From contig MU058451.1 of the NCBI GenBank assembly GCA_013265495.1, positions 1,340,167 to 1,404,166 on the forward strand: a stretch of 64,000 bases of DNA, written 5' to 3'. This DNA comes from Vicugna vicugna (taxonomy: Eukaryota). The position numbers and the translations under genes were made by a program. Position 1 is the stretch's first letter. Every line of letters begins with the position of its first letter. Under the pieces are notes generated by a model. That model had not been told where the DNA came from and searched no databases. It was given only the letters and a program-made list of their open reading frames with translations. Below are positions 60,931 through 64,000 of this stretch, one piece after another.

Positions 60931-62999
60931 AATCCTTTTAAAAAATATGAGTTTTTAAAAATTCTAAAAATAATATATAAACGTTTTAACAAAGTAAAGT
61001 GAAAGATAAAAACCTCTTGCTCTTTGCTCCCTACTCCTCCCCATTTCTACTGATAAGAGTAATAGTCAATACGAATACCATATTTCCATCCGGCTGAAAG
61101 CTCCTGCCTTTAACTGCTCCACAAGCCTCTTTACCACAAGCAGTGAAGGATCTCAAAGCTGATCCATAACCTATCGTGGTGAGAGGAGAACCACAAGGTC
61201 TGAGATCATTCAAGGCACTAGCACTCTAGTGCTAATTATGTTTACACAATTACATGTAGATTTCAGGTTCCGGCTACTTCCTATACTGTCTTAGAGTCAT
61301 GGATTCCAGGGATTTCTCTGGACCATTGTTTTCACTGTTCTGAGAGAGAGAAGAAAAAATAACACAAGAGGCAAAACAGCATAGAAAAGGCGCTGAATGG
61401 TGGGTGGTGAGTGCAAAGACGCAAGCCCACTGCCCACCCTCAGGTGGATAAGCTGAAGTGCTCAGTGGGAAGAGAGTAGCCAGGCACCCAGTACGAGGGG
61501 AGCCAATCTGTACCTCTTAGTGAATTCTCCCAGAAGTCAGATGCTTGGCAGTGAGAAGTCAATTATGAACTTACCTGCTTTTTTGCCCTCCCAGACACTT
61601 TCTTGGTCATTTCATTTTATTTTGAAAGTATTAGGCAAACCATTTATCTATTACCTATTAAAATAGGGTATGTTCCACATAGTTCTTTTTATGGAGGGGG
61701 GATATCTTTCTTATTTACTTTTGACTTATGAAGCATTTATTACTGGGGGAAAAAAATCTCATTTGTAAATTGTAATGGTCATTGTCACTGTCTGTTGAAG
61801 GAGCCGTCAGAACATGAAGTTGCAACTGGAAGCTCATTGCAGAAGAACACGCCCCAGGTCAATTCTCCATCCACAACCAAGAGCAACGCCGAAGTGTTTC
61901 AGAATTACAGGGCTGAAAACATTTCTTTTAAAATATTCATCTTAGGAAGAGCCTGTGAAAGGGGATTTTTGTTCTCTTTGATTGAGTCAGTCTCACTAAT
62001 AATACTGCTTCGGCCCCTCAAAAAGCCCCCTAAAGAGTATTTTTCAATTTACTCATTTGATTTGTCATTCAGTACTTTTACATTATATTTCTTAAAATTT
62101 TTTCCCTCAACTTTTCTTTCAGAGTTGTAGAATCAAATGGAAATAACCCTAAAGACAATCTTACTTCTCTTTCTTTTTAATTCCCTCATTTCCCCAGCCC
62201 CAGCTGCTGTTTCTCCAACCCAAATCCCTAAAGGAAAATGATGAAGCCAAAAAAGAAGAAAGGAAAGTCTGGGGATGCTTTTCTACCACTTTGAGCACAC
62301 GGTAGTTACAATAGTCAGTAGTCGCGGTTGATCAAGGAAGGACCGGTTTAAGCTGCTTCAGGCTTCTCCCAACAGCATCCCTTGCCCAGAAGCTTGAGCA
62401 ATTTATACTGAATCATTGGGACTTACTAGAAATTGGCCTCTCTGTTTCTTCTCTTTTTGTAAAATAACAATTCTTGACATTGATTTTTTACGGAAACCAC
62501 GAAGTAAAACATTCTTGAGAAAATGTTGTTTATTCTCTGTAAATTGTCGGATTATCAAGTGCAATAAAAAATGAATTTGCAGAGTACAACACTGTGGGTC
62601 TGTGAGTCAGCAAACAGTACCATCTGAATGGGTGTGGGAGGCAGAATAAGGGGCAGAAAATCTGTGAGTTTGCCGTTGAAGTGTCCTGAAAGAATATAAT
62701 AGTATTGTAATAGTAACACATATTTAAAATATTTTCTTTGGCTTATGAAAATGTGCCCTAATATTTCCTTGTTTATTCAAATGCTTTTTCTTATCTGTAT
62801 TTGCTACAAATATAGCTTTTCTTTTCTTTCCTTTTTTCTTTTCTTTTCCTTCCTTTTCTCTTTGCTCTTCTTTTCTGTTTCTGCGCTGGTGGGGCACTAC
62901 TCTCACTGTTTTCATCCAGGCATCTCAAAACAGGACCCTGTCTGAAAGACTGGAGTGTCCCTCTCAGCCAAAGCCTCCCCTCCCTTTTCTCATAGTAGT

Positions 63000-63240
63000 C
63001 AGTCAGCATTTAGGGCGCTGCTCACTGCCTTAGAAGAGTTGCTGAAATACTGTTATCACATTTATTCCTGATGACAGTCTCCTGAGGCTGGCACTGTTAT
63101 TATCCCATTTTGTAGATGAGGAAACTGAGGTTGAGAGGGGTCCCTAGTCTGTGGGGTGGCAGAGCTTGGATTTCAAGTAGGGGTCTTCAGACATACAGGT
63201 TCACCTTCACAAGATGCCTAAACTACGATGCCTCCTTCCC
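63000..63240 (-). mobile_element. MIR SINE
   Basis: actgttattatcccattttgtagatgaggaaactgaggttgagagg...ggtggcagagcttggatttcaa. Confidence 0.85.
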
Positions 63241-64000
63241 GTGAAAAGGACCTCCTTGGCTGGAAGCTTTGGAAAAGACCTTGACTAAGAGCTGGCTTCA
63301 GCCGACACCCTTCCTCTAGGCACCCAGAACTTATGACCAGCCAAAGTGCCTTTAACCACCACGGTAAGGTTTCCTGTCGCTAGTTACTCCCCGGGTTTCT
63401 TTTACCAGAGAGCCAGATGCCACAGAAACCAAGTAACTAGACCCCCAGACTCCTACCCTGAAGACTGGACCTGCAGGCTGGATCCCCACTGAGCATGAAC
63501 AAAAGCCCAAGAAAATGGTGCCAGAAAGCAGTTCTCCAGAGTTTTGGTTTGGTTTAATTCAAAACAGGAAATCACGTTCCCTCACCTCCCTCTCACCTCC
63601 TAAACTCCAGCTGTATTTTCTCTCTCTGGTCAAGAAAACTGCCTTTCAATTTTATAAAATAACAGACACACCTCAAATTGGACAGTTGTTTAGGTAGTTT
63701 TTCCCCTTCACACTTTTCTACATTTTCTTAATGTTCTACAAAGAGAATGCTCCTTTAAAAAAAAAGAAAAGACCTGCTTTTAAAACACCGTGTCATGGGC
63801 TTCCTAAGTCATTACTTCCTGTGAAAACTGCAGTGGGAATGGAAGAAAATAACAAGGAAGATGAGGTGGTTACGTCAAAAGCTCTATATAAGAATTATTT
63901 GAAAAAAAGAAAAGCGCTACAAATTGGCACCTTGTATTATGGTTTTATTCTGTCATTTGGACCTGAGACCCATCCCCTACTCTGGGTGTGTGGGCTTGAA

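Noticed and set aside
61568..62690. Minus-strand splice-like signals (CAG/GTAAGT donor near 61572; acceptor near 62686)
   Set aside because: No consistent reading frame or matched site pairs. A lncRNA exon cannot be supported without RNA data.
1..64000. CRISPR arrays, operons, rRNA/snRNA genes, NUMTs, retroviral gag/pol/env
   Set aside because: None seen. The sequence is mammalian non-coding DNA with no regularly spaced repeats or dense coding.

Overview
Mammalian genomic DNA, most likely camelid, because it carries a tRNA-Ala-derived SINE of the Vic-1 type. I can support no protein-coding exon. The longer ORFs are transposon-derived or look like chance, so this is probably intergenic DNA or a large intron. 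It is dominated by old interspersed repeats: L1 3' ends, L2, MIR, one L3/CR1 relic, MLT1 LTRs, and hAT elements (MER5, MER20, MER53, Charlie). The most interesting signal lies in a repeat-free block at about 36.1-37.0 kb. There a + strand hairpin has a 3' arm matching mature miR-27 at 18/21 nt, with the seed intact and compensatory changes in the 5' arm. About 200 nt upstream is a miR-23-like sequence (16/21), and weak miR-24-like traces follow downstream. This order suggests a decayed or divergent extra paralogue of the miR-23~27~24 cluster, a hypothesis based on by-eye alignment to recalled miRNA sequences. Also notable are two near-perfect 28-29 bp inverted repeats (one exactly at an L1 5' junction), a tandem CTCF motif pair and a divergent CTCF motif pair. 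Repeat family names and boundaries are by-eye and approximate.
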